Shown here piece after piece: positions 29,470 to 37,475 of a DNA stretch of 64,000 nucleotides (the first letter of the stretch is position 1; each line of letters begins with the position of its first letter). The DNA comes from a virus (taxonomy: Duplodnaviria; Caudoviricetes), in the IMG/VR virus record IMGVR_UViG_3300033067_001757, positions 123,244 to 187,243 of that record. One strand, given 5' to 3'. The notes under the pieces are model-generated. The model made no database searches and was not told the origin of the DNA. It worked only from the letters and a program-made list of their open reading frames with translations. The translations under genes and the position numbers were made by a program.

Positions 29470-29640
29470 ATGAGCAGAAAAGATGATGTTTTCTTTAGTT
29501 TTCCATCAATAATATTCACAAAATGTACCAATACGCTCACAAAAGAGGCTAAAAAGACCTTCAAATGTGAGTGGGATAAGTACTATACCGTAACATTTGC
29601 CTGGCTGTTTTGGGCCTATACAATAGAATATACACCGTAA
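29470..29640 (+). CDS. small hypothetical protein (56 aa, not in ORF track)
   Basis: MSRKDDVFFSFPSII...FAWLFWAYTIEYTP fills the gap between neighbours. Confidence 0.55.
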   Translation: MSRKDDVFFSFPSIIFTKCTNTLTKEAKKTFKCEWDKYYTVTFAWLFWAYTIEYTP

Positions 29641-29650
29641 AACTTTTAAT

Positions 29651-29887
29651 ATGTCACCAATATTTTTTTATTTTCTCGGATTTATAATTTCTTATGTCTC
29701 AGGTAAGCTATTAAGAAATTACACTAAAGAAAACGAATGGGAAGATGTACGTATGACGCTTTTATTAGCAATATTCAGTTGGGTAGGATTTATATGTATT
29801 TTACTAGCATCGATCGCGATACTGTTACAACCTGTATTAAAAAAGTTCCGCATTAAATATTCAGATAAACCACCAAAATGGTTATGA
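29651..29887 (+). CDS. small membrane protein
   Basis: Two hydrophobic helices, C-terminal KPPKWL. Confidence 0.65.
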   Translation: MSPIFFYFLGFIISYVSGKLLRNYTKENEWEDVRMTLLLAIFSWVGFICILLASIAILLQPVLKKFRIKYSDKPPKWL

Positions 29888-30297
29888 CCAACGCCCACCT
29901 ATTTCTCGATGATGTTCGTATGCCAATTGATGTAGAGAAGTACATTAATCCGGTAGAATTAAGACCACTTTACCGGTTAAAGCCGTGGATTATAGTAAGA
30001 AACTATCGGGAATTTACTGAATATATAAAAAAGAATGGTCTACCAGGTACTATTTCATTTGACCACGACCTGGGCGAAGATGAGGCTGAAAGTATGGTTT
30101 CTGAAGGTATATCCAAGAGAAAGGCCCGGGAACACAAGAAAACAGTTAAATCCGGATACGATTGTGCTAAGTGGCTTGTAGATTATGTTATTGAGAACGA
30201 ATTAATACTACCAGACATCTTATGTCATAGTATGAATCCGGTAGGTAAGGAAAATATCCTGATGTTATTTGAAAATTATAAACGATTTATGATATGA
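29878..30297 (+). CDS. cyclic-phosphate-processing receiver (cREC) domain protein
   Basis: LFLDDVR, ISFDHDLG, GYDCAKWL, HSMNPVG. Confidence 0.8.
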   Translation: MVMTNAHLFLDDVRMPIDVEKYINPVELRPLYRLKPWIIVRNYREFTEYIKKNGLPGTISFDHDLGEDEAESMVSEGISKRKAREHKKTVKSGYDCAKWLVDYVIENELILPDILCHSMNPVGKENILMLFENYKRFMI

Positions 30298-30326
30298 CTG
30301 TCCGTTTTTAAGATCCAATACCCAGG

Positions 30327-30357
30327 AGCCCGGTGGAACATTCCATCCGGGTTTTTT
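30327..30357 (+). terminator. intrinsic terminator between convergent genes
   Basis: CCCGG-TGGAA / TTCCA-T-CCGGG stem followed by T6. Confidence 0.75.
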
Positions 30358-30358
30358 A

Positions 30359-30742
30359 CTACCACGCCCTGCAGGACCAGTATCTTGCTTTAGTACGCGG
30401 TCCCGGATCTTTACAGTTATGTCTGGCCCTGAATGAAGCTCTTCGTTCCGGGTTGTTCTTTTTAATATTCATTCCCTTCTGACCAAAGTTGACTTTTACA
30501 ACTTTACCAGTAGCAGGGTTCTTTACATATACCTTAAACTTTTTTACATCACCCTGCATACGTTTACCTAATTGTACAGTATGTCCCTGGTATTCAGCTT
30601 CCAACAATGACGGATCAGTAATTTCTTTTAATTGTTGCTTATACTCCTTTATAAACTCGGTGAACTCTTGTATGTCATAAATATTTTCAAGATCATATTC
30701 ATCGATACCGTCATCCTTTTTGTTCGAACATTGGCTACTCAT
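30359..30742 (-). CDS. conserved basic phage protein (KKFKVYVK..VNFG..SFRARH.C..KARYWSC family)
   Basis: Motif set recalled from T4-like and cyanophage genomes; start at MSSQC follows ATATTTAT. Confidence 0.75.
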   Translation of the reverse strand: MSSQCSNKKDDGIDEYDLENIYDIQEFTEFIKEYKQQLKEITDPSLLEAEYQGHTVQLGKRMQGDVKKFKVYVKNPATGKVVKVNFGQKGMNIKKNNPERRASFRARHNCKDPGPRTKARYWSCRAW

Positions 30743-31342
30743 ATTAATATTTTGTATATAAATATGGCTGGTGTCCGTTACGGACTTTAGTTGTATATAC
30801 AAATATCTATTAGACTGGTATGATCTGCAGGGTTTTCTTCTACACTAATTTTGCCGGACAGAATTTTTTCTGAAAACAGAATTTCCATTCAGAGAACTTC
30901 TGTACACGAATTTACCCCATTTTAAGCCCCATACGGGCCTGTTTTTGTTTATTGATATGAATGTACCGGAGCTTTGCTTTGCGGTCAATGGTGCCGGGAT
31001 AACGCTTAAATGGACACAATGTCCATATTATTGTCCAGGTACGGTGATGGAAATATCTGTCATTAAGTCGTTACTTTAGGGTTAATGAATGAATAAGCCG
31101 TCATTATCTAACTTATTGATATATACGTATATATTGAAGGGTTACCGTGGAACGGGCGGTGAAGTGTAAACGAACCTGCCCACTCCCCTACCTGGTTAAA
31201 GTTTTGTTAAGGTACAATAATTAACACTTTTTTTAGAAATAAAATAGTAAAGAAAAATTTTAACATTTCATTTGAAAATAATTTATTATAGAACTTTTGA
31301 GATACCTAGTAAGATTTCATTAACAAATTTTTAACAGTTAAC

Positions 31343-31375
31343 TTTGTTCGGCTATCAAATAAAGTTCTACATTGC
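31343..31375 (+). promoter_or_regulatory. host-type early promoter (TTTG-N21-TACATTGC)
   Basis: -33 TTTG and near-consensus -7 element preceded by AAGTTC; heads the plus-strand early region. Confidence 0.55.
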
Positions 31376-31396
31376 ACTATCAAATTTTATTAACCG

Positions 31397-31426
31397 TTCT
31401 GCATCTCACAACAATAAGATGCAGGA
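31397..31426 (+). promoter_or_regulatory. 5' UTR hairpin with CACAACAAUA loop
   Basis: 10-bp stem TTCTGCATCT/AGATGCAGGA; loop matches the three downstream hairpins. Confidence 0.75.
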
Positions 31427-31441
31427 CACAAAACAAAAGTT

Positions 31442-32023
31442 ATGAAACAGGAAATTAAAGTTAGGTTGGTAGGTAAAAATGTAAAGCAGCATACCATAAC
31501 TAACGAAGGTTCAGTAAGTGTAAACAGGCAGGTTACTGATATTGCAGTTCTGCTTTGTTTAGATGCAACCCAATTTGAAAAGCTGCCAAAAGTTGAGGTT
31601 GTTTACAATGGTGTAACACATTCTTTCAACATGGTGAAAGATGCCGCAAAATTATCTTTCACTTTGTTGCTCGAAATTGGTAAGGTATTGTTTTCTAATG
31701 TTACCACTTTTGAAGGTCGTACGGAACAAAGCAGTAACCCTATTGCATTAGCAATACTTGTACCTTTTAAGTACAAGGAAAAAACCGTGTCATATGAAGC
31801 ATACACTAAAGCCATTAGTGTAAAGTTTTCCGGTCTCAAAACATTGGTTAAACACGAGCAAAACAAAGCAGCTTTTTTAGATACTGCTTTTAATGCTACT
31901 GTTTCTATTGCCAAAATTGCGAATAGCGAATATTCAAAAATCGCTAAAGGTGCAAAGGAAATTGCCGCTAAAGGTTATGCTGCTGCCATTGCTGCAAACC
32001 GTTTGCCCGTTGCTACTGCTTAA
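31442..32023 (+). CDS. orphan basic protein, candidate RNA-binding regulator
   Basis: 193 aa, Lys/Ala-rich C-terminus, first gene after the early promoter, flanked by conserved-loop hairpins; the function is inference. Confidence 0.75.
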   Translation: MKQEIKVRLVGKNVKQHTITNEGSVSVNRQVTDIAVLLCLDATQFEKLPKVEVVYNGVTHSFNMVKDAAKLSFTLLLEIGKVLFSNVTTFEGRTEQSSNPIALAILVPFKYKEKTVSYEAYTKAISVKFSGLKTLVKHEQNKAAFLDTAFNATVSIAKIANSEYSKIAKGAKEIAAKGYAAAIAANRLPVATA

Positions 32024-32031
32024 TTTTTGAT

Positions 32032-32206
32032 AGGGTTACAATACAACAATTTTGCAGCCCTTAATTAGTTATTAGTTAGCGTTTATTGTGAGTATGGTTT
32101 GAACTTGTGCAATACAACAATTTTGCAGCAAGTTGTTAAACGCTCTTTTACATAGTTTGTTTATAGTCTAATTTAAGATGCCGCAATACAACAATTTTGC
32201 AATGGC
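32032..32206 (+). repeat. three-copy hairpin array, core CAATACAACAATTTTGCA
   Basis: Exact 18-mers at 32039, 32110 and 32184, each closed by a different outer stem. Confidence 0.9.
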
Positions 32207-32224
32207 TTTATACTGTTTACATTG

Positions 32225-33225
32225 TACATATCTTTTACAAAAATTAAAGGTAAAGTACACTAAAAAATGTTTATAGTAAACTCGAAAGTAAACGATAACA
32301 AACAGGTATGTACTAAATTTGTGCAGCTATCTTTTTTGAATAGCGGGAGCAATACATTAAAACAATTATGTACCCGTGAAAAAAATTTAAACTACTGCGT
32401 AAACTAAACTTCCGTTCCTTCATGTTTCTACATGGTGTATCATATAACGGATTGATGTTTACAAAGTGATAAGGTTTAAATCGTGTGTATCCCAGTACGC
32501 ACATTCATAAAACATTAGCTTAATCAATAACAGCACAAACGTACATAAGGCCATCGTGATACTGTTGATCAGGTAAGAGGTATGTCTATACCCAGCCAGG
32601 GATACGTGTGTACATTCGTGTGCCCATACTCCCACTTGTGCTACCTGGAACGGTCATAAAGCATCTACCTTAAATGGTTGGTTTTGTAGTTTGATGCTTA
32701 CACGTTTACATGAAAACTACACCAAAGCGGGTACGCATACGCTGAGGATACCGGATGAGTCCGGATAATATATGCCCATGAACGAATTGTTATACTTAGC
32801 ATTCGCATGGATCAAAACTATAAGTAAGTACATTCACTACCGGAACCATGTACAGTACACCAGGTTAACCGGTTCAACGTCCGCGGCATCATGTGCTTCG
32901 GCGCTTTTGTTATATCCCAACATAAATGACAACCATCGTTAAGCAGTATAATTCACAGGCAATTGCGTAAGCCCTGTACTTAAAATCGTAAGTCTTAGCA
33001 CATACAGTCATACTCGGGATCAATGGGCAACGACGTAGCTATCCCCCTCACGGGTTTGGTTAGGAGCTTCGTATGGCTCCCCCATTGCGGCAGGTAAGGT
33101 AAACATGTGTAAACCGGTAACCAACCCGTTACATGCATAAGCCCTTACCAAATCAACCGGTTGCGTAATACCTGTCCCTTCATAGACAGTTAGATAGACT
33201 CGCAGTCTGTCCCGGTTGCTAACTA
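32225..33225 (+). ncRNA. candidate large structured non-coding RNA (about 1 kb, boundaries approximate)
   Basis: No credible ORF; many nested and long-range helices with G-U pairs, UUCG loops and an H-type pseudoknot. Confidence 0.6.
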
Positions 33226-33237
33226 AAAATTAAGGTT

Positions 33238-33360
33238 ATGCGACATCTAAAACTGTACAGGCAAATCAGGTTATGGGAACTGAAGATAACTAAAATGAGT
33301 TCTCTGCATAAGGTAATGTGGAAAGCTGAATGGTTTAAGCACAGGCAAGCGATACAGTAA
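33238..33360 (+). CDS. 40-aa basic peptide (not in ORF track)
   Basis: TAAGGTT-ATG start; MRHLKLYRQIRLWELKITKMSSLHKVMWKAEWFKHRQAIQ. Confidence 0.55.
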   Translation: MRHLKLYRQIRLWELKITKMSSLHKVMWKAEWFKHRQAIQ

Positions 33361-33445
33361 GTTATCTTCCTTTCAGACGTACATACATATCAAAACAACA
33401 TTCACGGGCTTAAATCGCCTTAAAATCGCTAAATCAATAAAGGTC

Positions 33446-33568
33446 ATGTACATTCTCATAGTTCCGGTACTGGCAGCCATTAAGATTATACTTGTTATCC
33501 TGCAGAATCCAAAGGTAGATTTGGAATCAGGTAATTATGATGTTCTGCCAAGTAATATACCGGTGTAA
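33446..33568 (+). CDS. 40-aa membrane peptide (not in ORF track)
   Basis: AATAAAGGTC-ATG start; MYILIVPVLAAIKIILVILQNPK... Confidence 0.6.
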   Translation: MYILIVPVLAAIKIILVILQNPKVDLESGNYDVLPSNIPV

Positions 33569-33588
33569 TCAAAAAACAAATAAAGGTC

Positions 33589-33594
33589 ATGTAA
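33589..33594 (+). promoter_or_regulatory. start-stop (ATG-TAA) minigene
   Basis: Perfect AATAAAGGTC start motif, then ATG TAA overlapping the terminator stem. Confidence 0.6.
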
Positions 33595-33626
33595 GGAATG
33601 TTGGCTTAGGTTGGCATTCCTTTTTT
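33593..33626 (+). terminator. intrinsic terminator
   Basis: AAGGAATGTTGGC-TTAG-GTTGGCATTCCTT followed by a T tract. Confidence 0.75.
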
Positions 33627-33679
33627 ACTTCACATTCAATCACTTCAATAAAACGCCCGTATCCGGGTAAAGAAAGGTC

Positions 33680-33943
33680 ATGGAAAGAGCAATTGTAATC
33701 CCGATGCCAACAGTACTTGGCAAGATAGACTTAAACGCAATCAACCAGCGTGAGCAACAGGCTAAGAAGGCCAAACGTGTGTTCATTAATGAATCTCGTG
33801 AGAAGGCTGAGGAATTTAATGAAACCTTGGACCGAAAGAAGAAACAGGAAAACCTTCACAAAGACCTGCAAAGAGCTTTCTCACGCAGACCTGGTGCCAC
33901 TGTTACAGATGATCATGGCCATCTGGTGATCAAATTAAGTTAA
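33680..33943 (+). CDS. hypothetical protein
   Basis: 87 aa, VLGKIDL motif, AAAGGTC-ATG start. Confidence 0.7.
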   Translation: MERAIVIPMPTVLGKIDLNAINQREQQAKKAKRVFINESREKAEEFNETLDRKKKQENLHKDLQRAFSRRPGATVTDDHGHLVIKLS

Positions 33944-34064
33944 ATGCCCTACAGGGCACTTTTCCACTCGGTCCCGGTACTACTCGTAACTGATATAGGC
34001 CGGGGCTATTCTATTAAACGTCCGTTACGGACAATTAAAACGCCCTTATAGGGCAATTAAGATC

Positions 34065-34475
34065 ATGGAAACAGGTACAGTATTAAACCAGCAAGAGTTA
34101 TTCCTACTCGTTAAACAGGAAGCTGAGAACTTAAAAGTACATGCTACACAGGAAGAGCTGTCTAATTTGAGTTTTGATAAATTGGGTCCTTTAAACGCTG
34201 ATGCATGTGTATACGGATTGATGACTGGTTGTTGTTACAGTACAAGAGCTACTGAACTTATAAACTTATGCTGCGAAAGAGTTATAAGTGATGATTCTGG
34301 TGTAAGCAGCAGCAGAGTATTGAATAGATCACCAAAGACATCAATCAGAACGTCATACTGGTCACCAATAGAAGTTTACATTGCTCAGGAAGGACAGTTG
34401 ATTAGTAACAACAAATCCCTCATATCCTTTCTTAAGTCCGAAACAGATACTCTAACCTTTAACGAAGCTATATGA
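34065..34475 (+). CDS. hypothetical protein
   Basis: 136 aa, CVYG.MTG.C motif. Confidence 0.7.
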   Translation: METGTVLNQQELFLLVKQEAENLKVHATQEELSNLSFDKLGPLNADACVYGLMTGCCYSTRATELINLCCERVISDDSGVSSSRVLNRSPKTSIRTSYWSPIEVYIAQEGQLISNNKSLISFLKSETDTLTFNEAI

Positions 34476-34627
34476 ACCACATCACACTCCTTCAGGCACA
34501 AAACAGGATCAACTACTTAAACGGTATAATCTCCATTCTTGGTACCCGGTTGGCTCATAAATACGTATTGGAACTTGACAACCTGGTTGCATACATCGAA
34601 ACACTTAACTGGGAGCTTGGCTATTGA
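34472..34627 (+). CDS. small hypothetical protein (51 aa, not in ORF track)
   Basis: ATGA overlap with the previous gene. Confidence 0.5.
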   Translation: MNHITLLQAQNRINYLNGIISILGTRLAHKYVLELDNLVAYIETLNWELGY

Positions 34628-34667
34628 AGAAATCCGGTCAGTATTCGAAGCAAACCGTAGGATGGTT

Positions 34668-34698
34668 GAGGGCATTAGCTTTCAGCCCTCTTGTTTTT
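34668..34698 (+). terminator. probable intrinsic terminator
   Basis: GAGGGC...GCCCTC followed by TTGTTTTT. Confidence 0.5.
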
Positions 34699-35112
34699 CG
34701 GTAAAAAAGCATTAATGAAGCGTTTTGGTATTAACATTTCATTAGCACTGTTTTATTTGTTAATATATATCCAATTTTTATGGATTTATTTGGTGGTTTG
34801 CACGGGAGGGGCAGCTTCCCTCCCATCCGGTCGGTCGCACCCTACGGGGTATGTTATGATTTGTAGACCTGTTATTCCATAAATGTTATTTGTATATACA
34901 AATGTTTCCCACTTTTTACCACAAAATCCCACATAGGTATGGTTTATAGTATGTTTGTATATACAAATATAATAGTTCTTCAACATTTCGTACACACTCG
35001 TTAGCATCGTTCCAACAAGTTCAGAATAATATTTGTTTAGCCCCGGCTCCCGATGCTCCGGGACATATCACCTTATTACACTCACCTTTTAAATACCCGT
35101 AATGGGATTTCA

Positions 35113-35316
35113 ATGAATCACTTTGAACATAAAATGTATACTTCCCTTCGCAGTCAGGGTATTGAACAGGAAATTGCCGCTAAGTCATCTTCTTTATTGT
35201 TGGCAGTATTGGCAAATGTTGCTATGATCAGGGAAGATGGGAAGCCTTGTGTGTTTATTGGTATCTCGGATGTAGATATTGAAAAGATAATTAAGGCTTT
35301 ACAATCTTTAAAATAA
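35113..35316 (+). CDS. hypothetical protein
   Basis: Start taken at MNHFE. Confidence 0.5.
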   Translation: MNHFEHKMYTSLRSQGIEQEIAAKSSSLLLAVLANVAMIREDGKPCVFIGISDVDIEKIIKALQSLK

Positions 35317-35323
35317 TCTCAGT

Positions 35324-35656
35324 ATGCAAGAGATACATTCATATGATTGCAGTAAGCAATGTACAGGATTATACATTGATGTGAACGGAACAGGCAGAGA
35401 ATACAATGTATTACTTTTAGTACAGGCTTATTCCAAACGTAGCCGGAAAGGAAAGATTGTTGTATCTACCAAACCATTCCCGGATTGTATTAAAGTAAAA
35501 CGTGAAGATTGGGAAAGAGATATAAAGCATTATAATATCGTTGATTGGAATAATTATATCTGGCCGGTTTTTAATACTGCTCATATCACTCTTGCTTTTA
35601 CCAGGTTTAAAAATAAGAAATTGTATATCCGTGTAATTCCTAATACTAAATCGTAA
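35324..35656 (+). CDS. hypothetical protein
   Basis: 110-aa ORF. Confidence 0.6.
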   Translation: MQEIHSYDCSKQCTGLYIDVNGTGREYNVLLLVQAYSKRSRKGKIVVSTKPFPDCIKVKREDWERDIKHYNIVDWNNYIWPVFNTAHITLAFTRFKNKKLYIRVIPNTKS

Positions 35657-36039
35657 TGAATATGCAAATCATAACTCTTTCCAATGGTAAACGTGTTGCT
35701 AACTTCAGCAGCCCACATCCTTTTGTTTTTACAGATGGTAGTATTTTACCAGGTGTATCAGAACGAGATGCTTTGTGGTATGCTGTTACCTTTATAGAAG
35801 ACGATCTTGGTAATGGTGATATCAAACTTACATTTGATATTACAGATGCTATATGGAATCTTATGATCAGATGGAATGAAGCGTGGGGAGCTAAAGAAGT
35901 CGATGTTGTATTCTGTCCTTTACCGATGATCATCGCTTTACATAATTGGGGATACAATGTCCGTAACAGTCCTTTCAGATGTATCCGTATTGAAGATCGT
36001 ATTAATAAACTCGTTTCAATTGATAAACAAACACTTTAA
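35656..36039 (+). CDS. conserved hypothetical phage protein
   Basis: LSNG.RV.NFSSPHPF.F.DG. Confidence 0.7.
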   Translation: MNMQIITLSNGKRVANFSSPHPFVFTDGSILPGVSERDALWYAVTFIEDDLGNGDIKLTFDITDAIWNLMIRWNEAWGAKEVDVVFCPLPMIIALHNWGYNVRNSPFRCIRIEDRINKLVSIDKQTL

Positions 36040-36051
36040 ATCATTATTGTT

Positions 36052-36297
36052 ATGAAAGCTCTTGCCTGTTTTGGAAAAATAATATCTCCTTACTTTGCGT
36101 CTCACAATACACCGGAACAGATATTGTATTGGTTTCAGATTAACTTTTATTCATGTTTATCTGTCAATGAACCTTCCAGTTGTACCTTTGAGTTAGATGA
36201 GAGTAAAGAATATATTCTCATATATGGTGATGAGGATCATATTGAGATAAATATGATGAATATTGTCGCGGTTGACCTTGATTTAAATCCTTATTAA
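36052..36297 (+). CDS. hypothetical protein
   Basis: 81-aa ORF. Confidence 0.55.
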   Translation: MKALACFGKIISPYFASHNTPEQILYWFQINFYSCLSVNEPSSCTFELDESKEYILIYGDEDHIEINMMNIVAVDLDLNPY

Positions 36298-36320
36298 ACA
36301 AACATTTTAAAATAAATACA

Positions 36321-36608
36321 ATGACACAAGAACGAATCAATAAGTATTTCCAATCTTCACTGGGCCAACAGTTGGATATTCTTTATTCAACATCTGATGA
36401 CAGAGTATTCATCCGTTATCACGAAGAAGCTGTAAAGCATACAGAAGGTTTACTCGATCACGGAACAGCACCGCTGGTAGACAAGACTATTGAAACCTGG
36501 TATCCCGAAGAAGATGATGAAGAAAACGAAAGGAACCTCATGAGAGAAGAGTCTAAGCGCAGGACCTTAACCGAAGATGAAAGGATTATTTATAATATTT
36601 TCGATTAA
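36321..36608 (+). CDS. hypothetical protein
   Basis: 95-aa ORF. Confidence 0.65.
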   Translation: MTQERINKYFQSSLGQQLDILYSTSDDRVFIRYHEEAVKHTEGLLDHGTAPLVDKTIETWYPEEDDEENERNLMREESKRRTLTEDERIIYNIFD

Positions 36609-36625
36609 CAAATAAAATAAAGTTT

Positions 36626-37363
36626 ATGACACAACCAACAATGTTAACATTTAACAACAACGCTGAATTAAAATCAGAGCTATTATCAAAATTGAAACAT
36701 CATCAGGAACTTGATACCTTCATACAAGGTACATGGTTAACTGATGAGAAGGTTGAAGGTAACGGATATAAAGGATGCTTCTATGGCTGTACTATGCAAA
36801 CATCCGAAAATCCTATTGGTAAATTTTCAGAGAAGTATCAGATTGATTTATGGTATTGTCATCTGACGGAAAAATTATTTGAGAATTTACCAGATGGTAT
36901 GTATCAGAAGTTTCCATATGAAAGTATTGATATACTACCGGTAGGATTTGACTTCAACATTTTGAAATCGAAGTTTCATAAAGCTGTATTATTGAAACAA
37001 TTGGATTGGATAGAAGATGTTCCTGTTAGAGAATGTTTAATATATACTTCAAAATTATTTGATGTTCCATATAATGAAATAGATAATTCAGCAGCAAGGT
37101 CAGCAACAGAGTCAGCAGCAAGGTCAGCAGCAAGGTTAGCAGCATGGTCAGCAAGGTCAGCAGCAAGGTCAGCAGCATGGTCAGCAGCATGGTCAGCAGA
37201 GTCAGCAGCATGGTCAGCAGCATGGTCAGCAGCATGGTCAGCAGAGTCAGCAGCATGGTCAGCAGAGTCAGCAAAGTCAGCAGAGTCAGCAAAGTCAGCA
37301 AAAACCAATCATTATATCTGTCTGAAAGAAACATTGTTCTCACTATTACAAGAATGCTCATAA
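36626..37363 (+). CDS. phage protein with SAA(R/W/E) helical repeats
   Basis: QG.W...KGC..GC N-terminal domain, then the repeat tract. Confidence 0.75.
   Translation: MTQPTMLTFNNNAELKSELLSKLKHHQELDTFIQGTWLTDEKVEGNGYKGCFYGCTMQTSENPIGKFSEKYQIDLWYCHLTEKLFENLPDGMYQKFPYESIDILPVGFDFNILKSKFHKAVLLKQLDWIEDVPVRECLIYTSKLFDVPYNEIDNSAARSATESAARSAARLAAWSARSAARSAAWSAAWSAESAAWSAAWSAAWSAESAAWSAESAKSAESAKSAKTNHYICLKETLFSLLQECS
37088..37303 (+). repeat. mixed 12/9-bp coding tandem repeat (TCAGCAGCAnnn / TCAGCAnnn)
   Basis: Directly visible. Confidence 0.9.
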
Positions 37364-37411
37364 CTATTATGAAAATTGTCTACCTAAGATATACAAGTTG
37401 AAGGTTGACAT

Positions 37412-37463
37412 AGGAGAGTAAGTACAGTCATCTAAACTGTGGGCTGCTCTCCTTTAATTTTTT
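37412..37463 (+). terminator. probable intrinsic terminator
   Basis: AGGAGAGTA...TGCTCTCCT stem with inner ACAGT/ACTGT helix, T-rich tail. Confidence 0.55.
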
Positions 37464-37475
37464 AAACAATCAGTC

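Noticed and set aside
32039-32201. CRISPR mini-array
   Set aside because: Only three 18-nt repeats, 53-56 nt gaps whose edges pair to form the outer stems, a fourth loop-only copy in the 5' UTR, and no cas gene in the window. It fits a protein-binding hairpin array better.
32742-32770. Hammerhead ribozyme (CTGAGGA followed by a CCGGA/TCCGG hairpin)
   Set aside because: The required GAAA after stem II is absent (GATAA), and I could not build stems I and III.
32225-33225. tmRNA, RNase P RNA, tRNA cluster or group I intron
   Set aside because: No tRNA-like acceptor/T arm, no GAGGAAAGUCC-type RNase P motif, and no interrupted flanking gene were found by eye. A covariance-model search is still needed.
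36976-37401. Three overlapping repeat ORFs (ADHA, LLTM, VSSM)
   Set aside because: Shadow frames of the SAAW repeat tract.
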